A DNA stretch of 64,000 bases from the human T2T-CHM13v2.0 reference genome, Homo sapiens: the NCBI RefSeq assembly GCF_009914755.1, contig NC_060928.1; one strand, written 5' to 3'. Made by a program: the position numbers and the translations under genes. Positions 1 to 13,910 of the stretch are shown here, one piece after another. How positions within the stretch are numbered: position 1 is the first letter of the stretch; each line of letters begins with the position of its first letter. A model generated the notes under the pieces. The model made no database searches and was not told the origin of the DNA. It worked only from the letters and a program-made list of their open reading frames with translations.

Positions 1-280
1 CCGTTTCCTCCAAGGAGACTAAGCTACTCAGCACACCGGTGCTTGTGTTGGTTTTCTATATGCCTGACTCCTTGACATTCATCTGTGTCTGGACTTGCAG
101 ATGTCATGGGGGGTTTCACAGCTGGAAGGTGTCTTACAGATCTCCCGGTTCAATGCCTTCTTTAACAAATGAAGTAACACCAGAGTGCAAAGACCAAGAA
201 ATTTGGAATAACTTGTTTAAGGGACCACTTACTTTGTCGGTAAGTAAGTGTCTGGTAAACACATGTAGACAAGTGTTTAA

Positions 281-409
281 TCCATTTATGCTGAAGGTTG
301 CAAATATTTTTTGTGAAAAATCAGAACCTGATGATGACATTTGGCAGTAGGATATAAATAACTCCCACAAGCTTAGCGTTCCAATAATAGAACACTAGGC
401 ATAAATGGG
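281..409 (-). mobile_element. MER85 piggyBac-derived MITE
   Basis: TTAA at 277-280 and 410-413, terminal inverted repeats CCATTTATGC/GCATAAATGG, internal palindrome GTTCCAATAATAGAAC at 378-393. Confidence 0.9.
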
Positions 410-550
410 TTAATAGAGATTTGAGACTTTTTACATCCATCCTAAAAGACAGAGTTAAGAATAAAACTATTCTCTCATTTTCCCATAGGCCCAGGCACTC
501 TACTGAACCATAATCTAAAAAGAAATATTTATTGCATACTCAGTATCTAT

Positions 551-727
<177 letters not shown>

Positions 728-786
728 TAAAAAGGGTTTGACCTAGTCAAGAAGCCCAGGAAAGGTCTGTTAAGAAGGTGATATAT

Positions 787-1446
<660 letters not shown>

Positions 1447-1867
1447 GCAACTAAGTAGCTAGCTACTTGGAGGGGGGAAAAGAAGAGAGTGCCAAGCAGA
1501 GGGAAGAGCATGTGCAAATGCGTGAAGGTGGGTAAGAGCAAAAAGAAAACCAGTATAGCTGACTCACTGGCAGAGGGGGACAGCATTTTGTATCAGAATC
1601 AGTGTGGGGTTCAACATCACACCCACTAAATTCTGAGGCCTAGGAAAGCAGAGGTCATGTTCTTCTTGATCTCTCATGGTCTTAGCATGCCACTTCACAC
1701 ATCATAGATGCTTAACAAAAATTCTGGGAACTGGAAGGATGAACACAATTGCCTGGAAGGTAATAGCTATCACCCTTCTTGGCAACCTTTCTCTAGAATT
1801 TCACTGCTTTTTTGCTATTTCCTATTTTCTTATGTACTAGTCCACCCTTTAAAATGATATAAAATCA

Positions 1868-2005
<138 letters not shown>

Positions 2006-2399
2006 TTACCTTCAAAACAATTCCTCATGAAGAAAGAAGTCATTGTATATTCCAAGTCCCAAAGCATCTATACTACAGGGTACAATCGCAGTTTCTTTTG
2101 AACAATAGAGTTTTATTTCGGAAAAACACAGCTCAGACCCTCCTTGACAAGCACTAATTTTTTGATGTCTGGAGGTCTCTTGCTGTAACCAGCTAAAAAA
2201 AAGAGGCAAAGAAATGTAACACAAATGTAATATATATGACTTCACAACTTCAAATACTAAAGATGGTCCAATAAAATTGTAAACAACCTTTTTAAAGTCA
2301 CTTTTAAAAGCAATGTAGTCAGTGGTTATATTAGTGAGTAATCTGGAATTGTTTTTCCACTTACAGTATTATATATGGATTTGAAGTGCTCTAGCTCCT

Positions 2400-3075
2400 A
2401 CCAATACTGGGACGAACATCATATGCCTCTCACATGATGTCCAAGAACATAATATCACTACTGTGATAGTTCCCTGGCAAATATGAGTAACTTTAATCCC
2501 AAGAAAACATCAAACAACCCTAAACTGAAGACCATTCTACAAAGTAAATGGCCTGTTCAAAAATGTCTGTGTCACAAAAGAAAAGGCATACTTAGAAACT
2601 GTTCCAGATTAACAGGAATGAAAGAGACATGATAATAAACGACAATGTGTGATCCTGGCCTGGACCTGAGACTGGAAAAAGAGAAGATAGTTATAAAAGG
2701 CATTTCTGGAAAGATCAACATTTGAATGGACACTGTGGATTAAATGGTAGTGTCGGGTCAATGTTATCCTAATTTTGATCATTATATAATGATTATGTAA
2801 AGTTAGGAAGGACAATAAAATATTTAGGGGTAAAAAGGCATGATGATGTCTACAACTTATCCCCAACTTACCTTTTGAGAAAAGAACAAAATGCATATTA
2901 TTTTATGCATGTATATATTAAATGATATGAACAGACAGATAAACTGATAAAATATGATAAAGCAAATGGTGCAAAATCGTGACCCTTGAAGAATGTGGCC
3001 AAAGGGTGTGAACAGGGATCCATGCATTCATCTTGCAAGTTTTCCACATGTTTGATACATATTAAAAATAAAAAG
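2400..3075 (+). mobile_element. Ancient L1 (L1MC/L1ME-type) 3' end
   Basis: Degenerate L1M 3'UTR-like motifs (ACTGTTCCAGATTAA..GAGACATG, GTGTGATCCTGG); subfamily uncertain. Confidence 0.6.
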
Positions 3076-3239
3076 TGCACCCCAAAAGGATCTATCTCAA
3101 ACAACTCAGTTGCAACTAAGCTCTAAAAAACTGTTCAATCAAAAATGATTATAGTGATATCCAGACACAGATGTCGCAGGTGAAATGTCTGAAAAACAAT
3201 GGAATGAAATGTAAAAGTGAGAAAAATGTATCTATACTA

Positions 3240-3560
<321 letters not shown>

Positions 3561-4052
3561 GTGAGGTGTGTATCTAACTAAATCAGTTAGACATCATTAA
3601 TAGACATGGTCATTTTACCTATATCTCAGAACTTCATGTAATCCAAGTTGTTCCAAATTCTTTTTAAAAAATCTTTTCTTTGGGAAAATCGAATTTTCTT
3701 CTATTTCAGCATACATGGCTAATAGACTAGGCACATATTTAAAAATTTTTTTAATTCTTAAAGGTCTACATGAATATATTCTGTTTCCTTTTTTCTTTGT
3801 AAAGTTGAATTAATTCTGATATGTTTCATTCAATGGCAGAGAACTCTCATGAAGCGGTTCCCTTTTACTCCTTTGCTCCTGCTGTGGTCATTCCAATATG
3901 GTGATCAAATGACTCAAGAAGGCTGATAGAGGCCAGGGGCTAACTGTTCTCCAAGTCAGGCCACCATGCACTGGATAGGTCACCCACGCTTAGCCCTGCC
4001 CGGCAATCCCCAGCATGCAGCCCTTGACCATGGCAAGCTCATGCCTGCTCAC

Positions 4053-4270
4053 CTGCCTCAGTTCAGGGTTGCTATTCAGCTGGCTTAGAGACAATCTGAT
4101 GCTGTTGCAGGTTTCACTTGATGGATGCACCAAGCACAGAGGGTCATTGAGAGATGACCGCAGGCTAGTTTTCACGCTGGTCAGACTGCTGCTAAGCTGT
4201 GTACTTTGTTGGTGCAAGCTCTTCAAGGTGCTGTTCATGTTCTCCAACGCCTCTTTGGTCTCCTTGATCG
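4053..4270 (-). CDS. PROM1: PROM1 coding exon 8 (218 nt; [12 protein letters not shown]...SNPELRQ)
   Basis: tttccatag|CGATCA ... AGGCAG|GTGAGC. Confidence 0.98.
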
Positions 4271-4944
4271 CTATGGAAACACAGCCCGCTTCAGAACACA
4301 CATGCCAAGTCCCTCCTCATCTACAAAAGTGTGTCTAAAGGGACTTGGGATGGACTGGTAAATGACTTTAGATGGCAGTGAGAGGGACACACTGCAAGGG
4401 GCAGTCTGAGAGGGGAATACAGGAGCATCGCTAGGCTGCTCTAACAGCTGCTCCAACTAGCTCCACTCTTCCACTTGGGGTCTCTTTCCAACAAGAAGCA
4501 GGGGGCAAGCACCAACCCAGGAGCATGATGGGGACACCTCAACGCAGCATTAACTGGCCAGCAGTGGCCAGCAAAGTTGTCACCACCCAGCCTCGAAGAG
4601 CTCAGTCCAAACAAGTCAATCCCAGCAGTGTAAATGCACATCAAAATGGATTACGCCCAGATATATTTTAGCTCTATTTATTCTAAGAGTTGGAATCAAA
4701 ACTAGCACAGTAGTTAAGAGCACGGTTTTAGATTCAGGCAGGTCTAGGCATGGATCTCAGCTTTGCTATTTGCTGTGTGACTAAAAATAGGCTCCTGAAC
4801 CACTCTGAGCCAATTTCCTCATCTTCAAGTACTGAAACACCACCACATTCATCATGCAACATGGGGGTTAGATCGGCCAGATGAAAATGCCTCAAAGGCA
4901 GTGGTCTGTTTAATTTTGCAAACCCTACCCCCTAGGACACATTC

Positions 4945-5265
4945 TCATACAGAGAGTACCCAACTAACAACAGTTCAATTTATGATTTCTCAACTTTATG
5001 TTAGTGGAAAGCCATATGCATTCAGTTAAAATCGTACTTCAAATTTTGAATTTTGAATTTTGAACTTTCCCAGGCTAGTGATATGTGGTAGGGTACTCTC
5101 TTGCAGTGGCAGCGAGCCACAGCTCTCAGTCAGCCATGCAATCAAGAGGGCAAACAACGCATATTCTACAGTGTATTAAAAGCATTTTCCACTTAAACAA
5201 TGTTTTCAGTTCACCATGGGTTTATTGGGATGTAACCCCCATCGTGTATTTGGAGGGGCATCTAG
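4945..5265 (-). mobile_element. MER47-like TcMar-Tigger element
   Basis: Reverse complement reads AGATGCCCCT..ACGATGGGGTTACATCCCAATAAACCCAT, like the MER47 terminus. Confidence 0.7.
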
Positions 5266-5601
5266 TACCAGGAAACCCAGAAAAATTGTTTGCTATCCTG
5301 ATCTATCTGGATGATGGAGCTACCTATACATGACTAGGGAGGTAGGGAATTACAACTTTTTTTCTACAGTGGCTTAAAGCCACAGCAGTAAAAGATGTGA
5401 AATTTAAATTAGAGGGCATTGCTCTTCTTCTAAGCAAATAAATCTTCTTGGTCAGGTCTTCGCTCTGTGGTTCACAGAACAGATGGTGGAGGATCAAGCT
5501 GCAATTGGGTGTTTCAAGGAAAAGAATGAATGCCCTTAAAAACTGGCTTCCCCACCCTTTCCTGGCAGCCACATAACAGAAAATACTTGAGTGTTAAAAA
5601 T

Positions 5602-5633
<32 letters not shown>

Positions 5634-5636
5634 ACA
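5602..5636. repeat. (CA)n microsatellite
   Basis: Direct inspection; similar tracts near 10440-10467, 11447-11480, 13038-13063 and 36003-36020. Confidence 0.95.
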
Positions 5637-6230
5637 TTTTAAAAATGTTTCCATGTTGAGTCTAGCCAAAAGTAGCCCGAGGTTGCATCCCAGTTCTGCT
5701 TCTACCCTGCTACAGCACATCTGGCAAACTCTCACTTCTCAGGACCTTGGTCTCATCTATAAATTAGGGAGTGTGTTGGGTCACCTCCTGGTTACTAGAA
5801 GAGTCTGATTCCAGGTTGTGCCCTAATAGCTTGTGGGGCTGAGCTCTTAGGAGATGGTCTCCCCCATGCTCACTAGGTCTGGTTAGATACTGCAACCTAG
5901 CTTTGAGGATGTACCCAGAGACCTGGGGAGGCTTCCAGAATTGAACTGTATCCTCCTTGGTCTCAAATTTCTATCACTTTACCTGAATAGAAAACCTTAA
6001 ACTCTGCTTCAAACAGTATTTTCTCTTGAATTTCAGTCTAATCATAGCTTAACAATATTTAAGGTTGTAATAATATTTAGGACTATCGAAGAGCACCCTG
6101 GGTATCAGTTTTTCATCTCTCCCACCTATCATCCAGTATTGTCGGTGAAGCATGAAGTCTGGTATCTGGATCATAGCAGAAGCTCAATAAATATTAACCA
6201 CAGCAAAACAAAAAAGAACTCAGCTGCAAC

Positions 6231-6295
6231 CAGAAATACACAGAAATACACCAGAAATACACAGAAATACTCAGAAATACACAGAAGAACACAAA
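6231..6295 (+). repeat. About 6 copies of a 10-11-bp unit CAGAAATACA
   Basis: Direct inspection. Confidence 0.85.
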
Positions 6296-6547
6296 AGAGC
6301 AGGCTAAAACACACTTCATGTTTTAATGTTCTGTGGTTTACTCCTCACGGCCCTTTTCACTTTGACTTCAGGATAAGTTATCTTAAGGCAAGAACCACCA
6401 CCACCACCAACAACAACAACAGAGAATGACAGGTGATAAAATAAATGCATGGCCCAGGAAATGTGTATTAAGCACTGTTCATAGCCATTCTAGCCCATGG
6501 ATAATATTCTGTCATGTCACACGGAGGACTCAGAAGTAATAAATACA

Positions 6548-7307
6548 TGTTTTCCAAAAGCTTCAAAGTATTTTATGTCTATAAACTATTAACTGGGTTG
6601 TAACTCTGGAAGTCAGTCCAGGCCCACCAGGATCATATATGTTATGTATCTGAAATAAGTGGAAAAGATATCTAAGGTTCTCAATTTTACTTAATTACCA
6701 TTTTGCCAGCCCATAGTATATTTCCTTTATAGGTCCTGATCTGCAGTCCAAATATGATTTGCACACCAAAATAATTGCATGTTTCTGCTCTCTCCAAAAC
6801 CCACTAAACACACAGGGCTGCAAATCATTTTTAGCCAAAAAAAAAAAAAAAAAATGCTGGAGTAGTTTATTAAGCATGTTTTAAGAAGTTCTGGCAACAC
6901 CAGAGGCTAAATTTTAACTTATTCCAACTGAATTAAAAAAACAAAAAAAAGAACTTTAATAATAACACACGAGGCACTGAAGAGAAAAAGAGAATCTTTG
7001 AGTTATCTTTTACCTAAAAAGTACTAAAATTCAGTTACTAAAAATTGCAAGAACATTGGGCAAAAAGTAAAGGTATGCATCAACCACAGTCCATCATTCA
7101 TATACTTTTGCCCAGCCTTCACTGTTACTTAATTTGGGGCTGGAAGAGACCTTGGATCTCTTCAATATTGCGAACATAATATATGTGATCTCTTCAACAT
7201 TGCAGTCACATAATATATGTGAGCTTGGTGGGCCTGGAATGACTCCCAGAGTTACAACCCAGTAAATATGTTATAGACATAAAATACTTTGAAGCTTTTG
7301 GAAAACA
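6548..7307. repeat. 100-bp inverted repeat (arms 6548-6647 and 7208-7307)
   Basis: Manual alignment 91/100 identity, outer 37 bp perfect. Confidence 0.95.
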
Positions 7308-7585
7308 AAAAGATCTTGTTCAATATTGCAAACGCACTGACGCACGAGGGATCCAGGCTGCAGTGTTGCCTGGCATCATCTGGGGCCATGTGAGCACTGG
7401 AATCCCAGATTTCCAATTCTCCCTCCAGAGGTGCATGTGTTGCCTCCTTGTGGATGTCACCACAACACCCGCCATCTTAACACTCTTCAAGGTACTAAGT
7501 CCCATCTAGGGTGGTCCAGGTAACACGGGCTCTTGCTAGAACGGGGTCTGAATCCCAACTCCACCACTTCCCCCAGCTACCCAAT

Positions 7586-7790
7586 TGCTATGGACTGAAG
7601 TATGTCTCCCCCAGATTCGTATGTTGAAGCCCTAACCACTGATGTGAAGTTTAGGGAGGTAACTAACGTTAAATAAGGTCATAAGGGTGGGTCCCTAATC
7701 CAACAGAACTGATGTTCTTACAAGAAGAGGAAGGGACATCAGAGATGAGTGTCCCAGACAGGAAATGAGACTGGAATGATGGACAGGGGC
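7586..7790 (+). mobile_element. MLT1 (MaLR) LTR fragment
   Basis: TGCTATGGACTGAA..TATGTTGAAGCCCTAACC..GGTCATAAGGGTGGGTCCCTAATCCAA. Confidence 0.8.
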
Positions 7791-7799
7791 CAGGTGTGC

Positions 7800-7930
7800 A
7801 AGGAAGAAAGGAGTAGGGGAGAGAGGGAAGGAGAAAGGAAGGAAGGAGGGAAGGAGGGAAGAAGGGAAGGAGGGAAAGAAAGAAAGGGAGGGAGGGAGGG
7901 AGGAAGGAAAGAAAGAAGGAATGGAGAAGC
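7800..7930 (+). repeat. GA-rich polypurine low-complexity tract
   Basis: (GGAA/GGGA)n run; another GA-rich tract at about 17330-17425. Confidence 0.9.
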
Positions 7931-8643
7931 CACGTGGAAAAAGCCAGGACAGGAAGGCAGGAGGCAATGGTCTCTGAGGTCATATCCCTTCTCTGGGCCT
8001 CCGTTTCCTTGCCTGGAAAGAAAATGGTTGGTAATGAAGAGAACAGATGTCTAGAGAAATCTAAGCCATCAACAACAGAGGATGTTGTTCGTGATGTTAT
8101 TGTCGATGTCGAGAATGTTGTTGTTGGCTGGACCCTTTGCAGGGTCAAGGAGAAAGGGAAGGAAAGGCCTTTCAATTAGTTAGGACTCATCTTAACAACT
8201 CCTGGCCTGTTCTGCACGTCCTCCAGTTTCTGCACATTTGTCTCAGTTGTTGAACTATAAGGCATGCCAAAAGGAACTGGAATAATTTTCCAATTTCCAC
8301 GCAATTCTCTTCTTTATGGACTATGTTCTCAGGGATGCTAGCTCATGAAAGTAAAATTCATATTGGCAAAATGAGTGTTTTACATAGATGTAATTGTCCT
8401 CTCTATCAAGTACCTAGCAAGGACATTTTTCTCAACATTAGGAAGGGCCTAGGAGGTCTTTTTTCATTACAGTGGAGCATGCAGTTTATTAAAATCAGTA
8501 TATCTGTCACTTATACCATTGACCATGGAGGCTTAAGATATATATGTATATTTCTTGCTTCTAAGTTTCTCTTTCAGGAAGGAAAAAGGAATCAATTTCC
8601 CTCTGATTGACCTAAATGTCTATAGGTTCCTCGTCTTCTGTAT

Positions 8644-8850
8644 CAGGGTCAACAAATTTTTCTATAAAAGGCCAGATAGACGGTAAATATTTTAGGTTTT
8701 GTGGGTTACACTATGTCTCTTCCAACGACTCAACTCTGCCATCATAGCACGAAAACGGCCACAGATGATATCTAAACAAATGCGTATGGCTGTGTTCCGA
8801 TAAAACTGTGTTTAAAAAACAGGTGGTGGGCCCCTAACAAATTCCGCCCC
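8644..8850 (+). mobile_element. MER58A-like hAT element
   Basis: CAGGGTCAACAAA..GGCCAGATAG..TAAATATTTTAGG..GGCTGTGTTCCGATAAAACT. Confidence 0.8.
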
Positions 8851-9065
8851 TATCATCTGAAATGGCAACAGCTTTGGCACAAGCTTTAATAAAGAGCACC
8901 ACCAAGCTATTGCAACACAGTGTCTTGACCTGAACTGTCTGCATGGCCACGGACGGTGGCTCTCCCCAAGCCAGCTCTCAGGGAACAAGAAAAGAGTGAG
9001 CGAGCCTGCCAAGCCCAGGGACTCCTGGATGGAACTTTCTTTGGTCATTTTTGCCCACTGCTTAC

Positions 9066-9155
9066 CTGTTGCCATGGACTTAATCTCATCAAGAACAGGG
9101 ATGATGTTGGGTCTCAGTCGGTCAAGAATTCCGCCTCCTAGCACTGAATTGATAC
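9066..9155 (-). CDS. PROM1: PROM1 coding exon 7 (90 nt; [29 protein letters not shown])
   Basis: tgtag|GTATCA ... CAACAG|GTAAGC. Confidence 0.98.
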
Positions 9156-9454
9156 CTACATGCAAATAAGCACAAAGATGGTGAGGGTGGCCTCTGCTCA
9201 TCTCTCCACCCCTCCCTCATTCTCTCCACACTGCCTCAAGCCCCTCCTGCTGCAAAACCCATTTGCATCCTGGACCCTGTCTAGGGGTTAAACTCGTGTA
9301 TGGAGATTTCTCTTCAGGGTCTCCGCACCAACTGTTCCCCAGTGAAAAATTAATCACTACAGACTCACCAGGAGCATGGTGTTATCATCTTGACCTGTGT
9401 GTAACTCTCTGTGTATCTAACCTCTTCGGCTAGACCAGAGTTCGCACCTGGACT

Positions 9455-9630
9455 GCACTCTGGTGGGGGCTGTTGTGAGCATTACGGGATGCTTAGAGAC
9501 ATCCCTGGCTTTGACACGCTAGATGTTGGTAGCACTGTCCCCACCCCACCTTCACCTCATTGTGACAACCCAAAATGTCTCCAGATGTCACCAAATGTGC
9601 CAAACATCAACCCCCAGTTGAGAAGCACTA
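9455..9630 (-). mobile_element. MER20 hAT element
   Basis: Reverse complement AGTGCTTCTCAACTGGGGG..TCTGGAGACATTTTGGGTTGTCACAA. Confidence 0.8.
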
Positions 9631-10029
9631 AGCTAAACCGTGGCATGCAGGGTTGAGCCCTCTCCATCCAGCCATTTCTGAAGCCACCGGTTTCTCTGAG
9701 GAGCTGGCTGCGTCTGTGCAGGGCACCTGGCAGGAAAACAATCTTTCCCTCACGAAGGAAATGGAGAATGAGAGCTTGTGACTGCAAGAATGCTAAAGCT
9801 TTCCAGTAAGTGTAAAATGAAAAAACAAAAGGTCCTGCTGCCTGTGAAACAGATGCCTTCGATGAGGGCTAGATTCTAATCGCTGAGTAACAAATGACAC
9901 ATTGGCAATAAGGCTAGGGAATCATCTTTCTGTCTTCCCCCAACTTTCACGTACGTCATTTCTTAGTCCATGTTTTATGGGAGATGAGTCAAAACAAAGA
10001 AAAAAAATGTGAAGCAACTTTAAATTTTA

Positions 10030-10131
<102 letters not shown>

Positions 10132-10931
10132 CTAAGGTCCAAAGGCAATAAGAGGGCAAAAAGAGATTTAATATACAAAAGTTTTCCTGAATCAGGACAT
10201 TTTCAGGTAACCAGCAAGTTCCTAGAAACCTTTCTGCTTTCTGACAAGTTGGAACCCATGAGCATCACACATTTAGGCTGCTTCCTGCCCAGACACTTTT
10301 TAAAACGATGTTCTGAATAGGTAATTCATCAACATACTTCTGGAATACAGAAGAAAGGGTACTTCCTCTCCCATCCCCAACCTTCAACCATCCCATTGCC
10401 CTTCTCTAAAGACAATTTGTGTGTCCGTGAGTATGTGTACGTGTGTGTGTGTATGTGTGTGTGTGTGATAGAGACTGCTTGTGTGTCCTTCCCAAGGAAT
10501 TCGATATATCTATGCAGACATTAGCAAATGGATGTTTATAAAGCTGGATGGTTTCATTACAAGAGTAACTTTGTGCAAGTGATGGAAAGTTAACTATGCT
10601 GCCAAAAAGAAAGGATAATAAGGCCCAAAAACTTTTATTTTTTTAAAAAATCATAAGAACCTTAAAAGTGTTAAGTCCTTCTATAATATGTACTGTAATG
10701 TTAAGTTATATCTCAATAAAATAAAAACACCAATTCTGAAATTCGGCTTTTGTACTCTTGAAAATCACTTTCCAGGGCTTTATTTATTCATCCAGGACAT
10801 TAACAGATAACACCAGTCTACGCTGATTCACTGTGTTTCTAGAAGGTTTGATTGAGATTCCAAATATACACAGGAACTCCAAAAAACCAAAAATATAAAG
10901 CATCGCGGTACATAGAGATGATGGTTTTTAC

Positions 10932-11052
10932 CTCTGGAGTTTCATTCAAGAGAGTTCGCAAGTCCTTGAAATTGCTATCTGCCAGTTTCCGACTCCTTTT
11001 GATCCGGGTTCTTACCTGGTGATTTGCCACAAAACCATAGAAGATGCCAATG
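10932..11052 (-). CDS. PROM1: PROM1 coding exon 5 (121 nt; [12 protein letters not shown]...LLNETPE)
   Basis: ttcctgcag|CATTGG ... CCAGAG|GTAAAA. Confidence 0.98.
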
Positions 11053-12089
11053 CTGCAGGAAAAGGCAGAGAGAAGAAAGAGCATTTACTGTGTGGTCCAT
11101 GGTTCTTTGTCCAGGTCCAGGCAGCAGAGCAGGAGTCAGGGAGGAGCCCGCAGAAGGACTGGCCTTTCCTCTCCCGCTGCCCTCTCCTCCCACATCCTTC
11201 CCACCGCCATCCCACAGTCAAACCACCACCCACGTAGGGGCTACAAAACAGGACTCAGTCCTCTCAGAGGAGGCAAATTTCCATTCTGTTCAAAATGACT
11301 CTCGTCAATGGAACAATGTTCACAACAAATTGTGGAGGAAATAGGTGCAAAAAGGTTATAAGGCAGCATGCATGATCCAGTCCCATTCCTGTCCTCATGT
11401 GAATGTGTGTACACACCCTCCTGTGTGAACATATGCATGTGTGTGAACACACACACACGCACACACACACACACACACACTTCTGCTCCCTGACCCCCCA
11501 AAGAAGGCTATAGAAAAAAACATCAAAATGGTTAAGAGTACTTGGGCTTCTAAGGCTTTTGGTTTCTCTAATTGTCTGTTAGTGCCTGTATTGTCCAGGT
11601 TGGAAAGTAACATGAGTTACTTTAGCATTAAAATGGTATGTGAGAAGCCACATACAACAGAGCACCTATGTGTTATTTCATCTACAGAAAGTGCAAAAAC
11701 AAGTGAAACGGTGGTGCTGGAAGTCAGTGGTTATGCCCAGAGCAGGGGTAGAATGGCAGAGTACTCTGTTCGTGGGTGGATTCACTTCATGGACACTTAC
11801 GCATATGTACTTGTGAAAAGGACACTTTCCTCCATGTGAAATATACTTCAAAAAAAGCTGCAAAAACGCCATATGAAAGGCATCTTACAGGAAAGCCTTC
11901 TCTATGTGAAAAAACCAAAACGTCTTTTTTCAAGCCATCTAAAATGTCTAATGTAATAATTTTTAAGGGCTCTTACTGTTGACTAGTTACTAATAATCCT
12001 TTGACTTAAAATAATTTGACCAATTGGCCTGTTTTTGTGGCAAAAAACGTTCCATTAGAAGGTGCTAATTGCCAAGGTTCTGTTGAATT

Positions 12090-12108
12090 TGGCCACTAGA
12101 TGGCAGTA
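12090..12108 (+). promoter_or_regulatory. CTCF core motif
   Basis: TGGCCACTAGATGGCAGTA closely matches consensus CCACYAGRKGGCRS; binding not shown by sequence alone. Confidence 0.7.
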
Positions 12109-13037
12109 AGGAACTACATAAACATAGCCGAACTATTTTTACCTGCAGAAGCAAGTAAAAAACTTGTTAGTTTGTAATCATCCAGTGGAAGATGTAGATA
12201 TGGTTTTAGAACTAAAGTTTTGCAAATAATAGGCAAACTTTAAAAACATATCAGATGCAGAAAATCAATACATTGCCTCTTCAGCAAAAGCAATGTCTTG
12301 AGGCTTTATCGTGCATATAATTACGGGTAGGATGACTAAACATCCCATTTTTTGTACCTAAAATCCCATGTCCCATTTCTCCATCCTGGGTAAATGGGGA
12401 CAGTTATTCACCCCACTTATAGTATAAATACATTCCAAGGAGCATTGGTTCATTACTGGTTTCAAAACATACTTTTCCTTTGCAGTATAACATAGGTCTA
12501 TTAGGTTTCCCAAAATGCTCCAAAAAAGTTTATGTAATATAACGTTGAGGGATATTTCCTATGGTCAACAAGTTGCAGTGTACTGAATACTAGACTAGGG
12601 GCACAAGATTTGGGTTCTGGGTCCTGTCCTGCCACCACCGTACTGTACAAGCCAAAGAAAATCACTTTCTTTCTGTGGACTCCAGTTGGTACCTCCAAAC
12701 TGAAAAGATCAGTTTAGATCTTTAGGTGTAATTAGATAAATTAGATCCAGTCTAACTTAGATTAGATAAGTGCTTCTCAAGCTGTAAAGGAGAGTAGTAC
12801 TGGATGTACACGTTCTCTAAGATTTTTAAGTTTGGGTTAATTCTGATGGTAATCTTATAAAATAAATATTAACAATATTCTGTCCCATTTGGAATGACCG
12901 CCTTATAATTTGTCCTAAATTTGCATTGGTATTTTGGGAGTCAATGCACTACAGCAATAAGAGTTATGAAATCAGGCACTCATGCCAAAGAGGTCAAATG
13001 ACTCAAAATAATGATTTTGGAGTTTTGTGAAGAAGAA

Positions 13038-13068
<31 letters not shown>

Positions 13069-13773
13069 TTGAGTCAGCAATGCACCTGGAGCTTGCTGCC
13101 ATGCCAAATTCAAAACATGCTAGACCATGACAAGTCAGGCTCACCACCTGAACATACCTGATGTTCACAATGGGGACTCTTGCTCTCTCTTCCCAGCATG
13201 CCCAGATTATTTTATTCACTCGTCAGATTCCAGATACAAGAAGTCAAAGTGAACTTGGGAGAAAAGCACCAGTCCAAGTCCACTTTCACTTGACCCTCAC
13301 TGACCCCTCCACCCATCCCCAAGAGGGAGAAGAACCTCCTTGCCTTGAACTCCCAGAGGCTCCCTTTAATTCTGATGGGATATGTCTCACTTCAGACTCT
13401 AATGTGTCTTTATTCTTATCTATGTTTAATTTTCCTAAAAAGAGGTGGAAACTACTTCTTTGTTAACTTTGTATAATGCAGTCTTGTCTACACCGGGTGC
13501 TCCAGGAAGGTGAGTTTAGGGGTCAAGCTTTGGTTTCATTTGGGCTATTTAGAAGACTGGCCGTATGTCTAAGTGTGAGTCAGAAACTGTCTTTGTGCCT
13601 TTATTGAATAAATGTCCTTACTCACAAGATCATCAGTCAGTGAAATGAATTGCAATACATTTCACTACAACACTCGATTTCAATGCTACATATTTTAGAC
13701 CTACATTTCTACTAATCGATAATAGATCTAATTAAAATTAAAGCATTGATAATTTTTTAAAAAAACTGTACTA

Positions 13774-13910
13774 AGCTGGGTGTGGTGGCACACGCCTGTA
13801 ATCCTAGCTACTTGGGACACCGACATGGGATAATCACTTGAGCCCAGGAGTTCCAAGTCCAGCATGGGCAATATAGCAAGACCCCATTATTAAAGAGAAA
13901 AAGAAAAAAA
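13774..13910 (+). mobile_element. Alu monomer (FLAM-like)
   Basis: Single arm with A-rich tail. Confidence 0.8.

Noticed and set aside
6231-6295. Short repeat arrays here, at 7155-7333 and at 33283-33330 as possible CRISPR-like arrays
   Set aside because: Tandem or irregular units with no unique regular spacers and no cas genes; eukaryotic intron.
7669-8175. 168-aa S/P/F/L-rich ORF and overlapping ORFs
   Set aside because: Produced by the stop-poor GA-rich tract plus MLT1 sequence.
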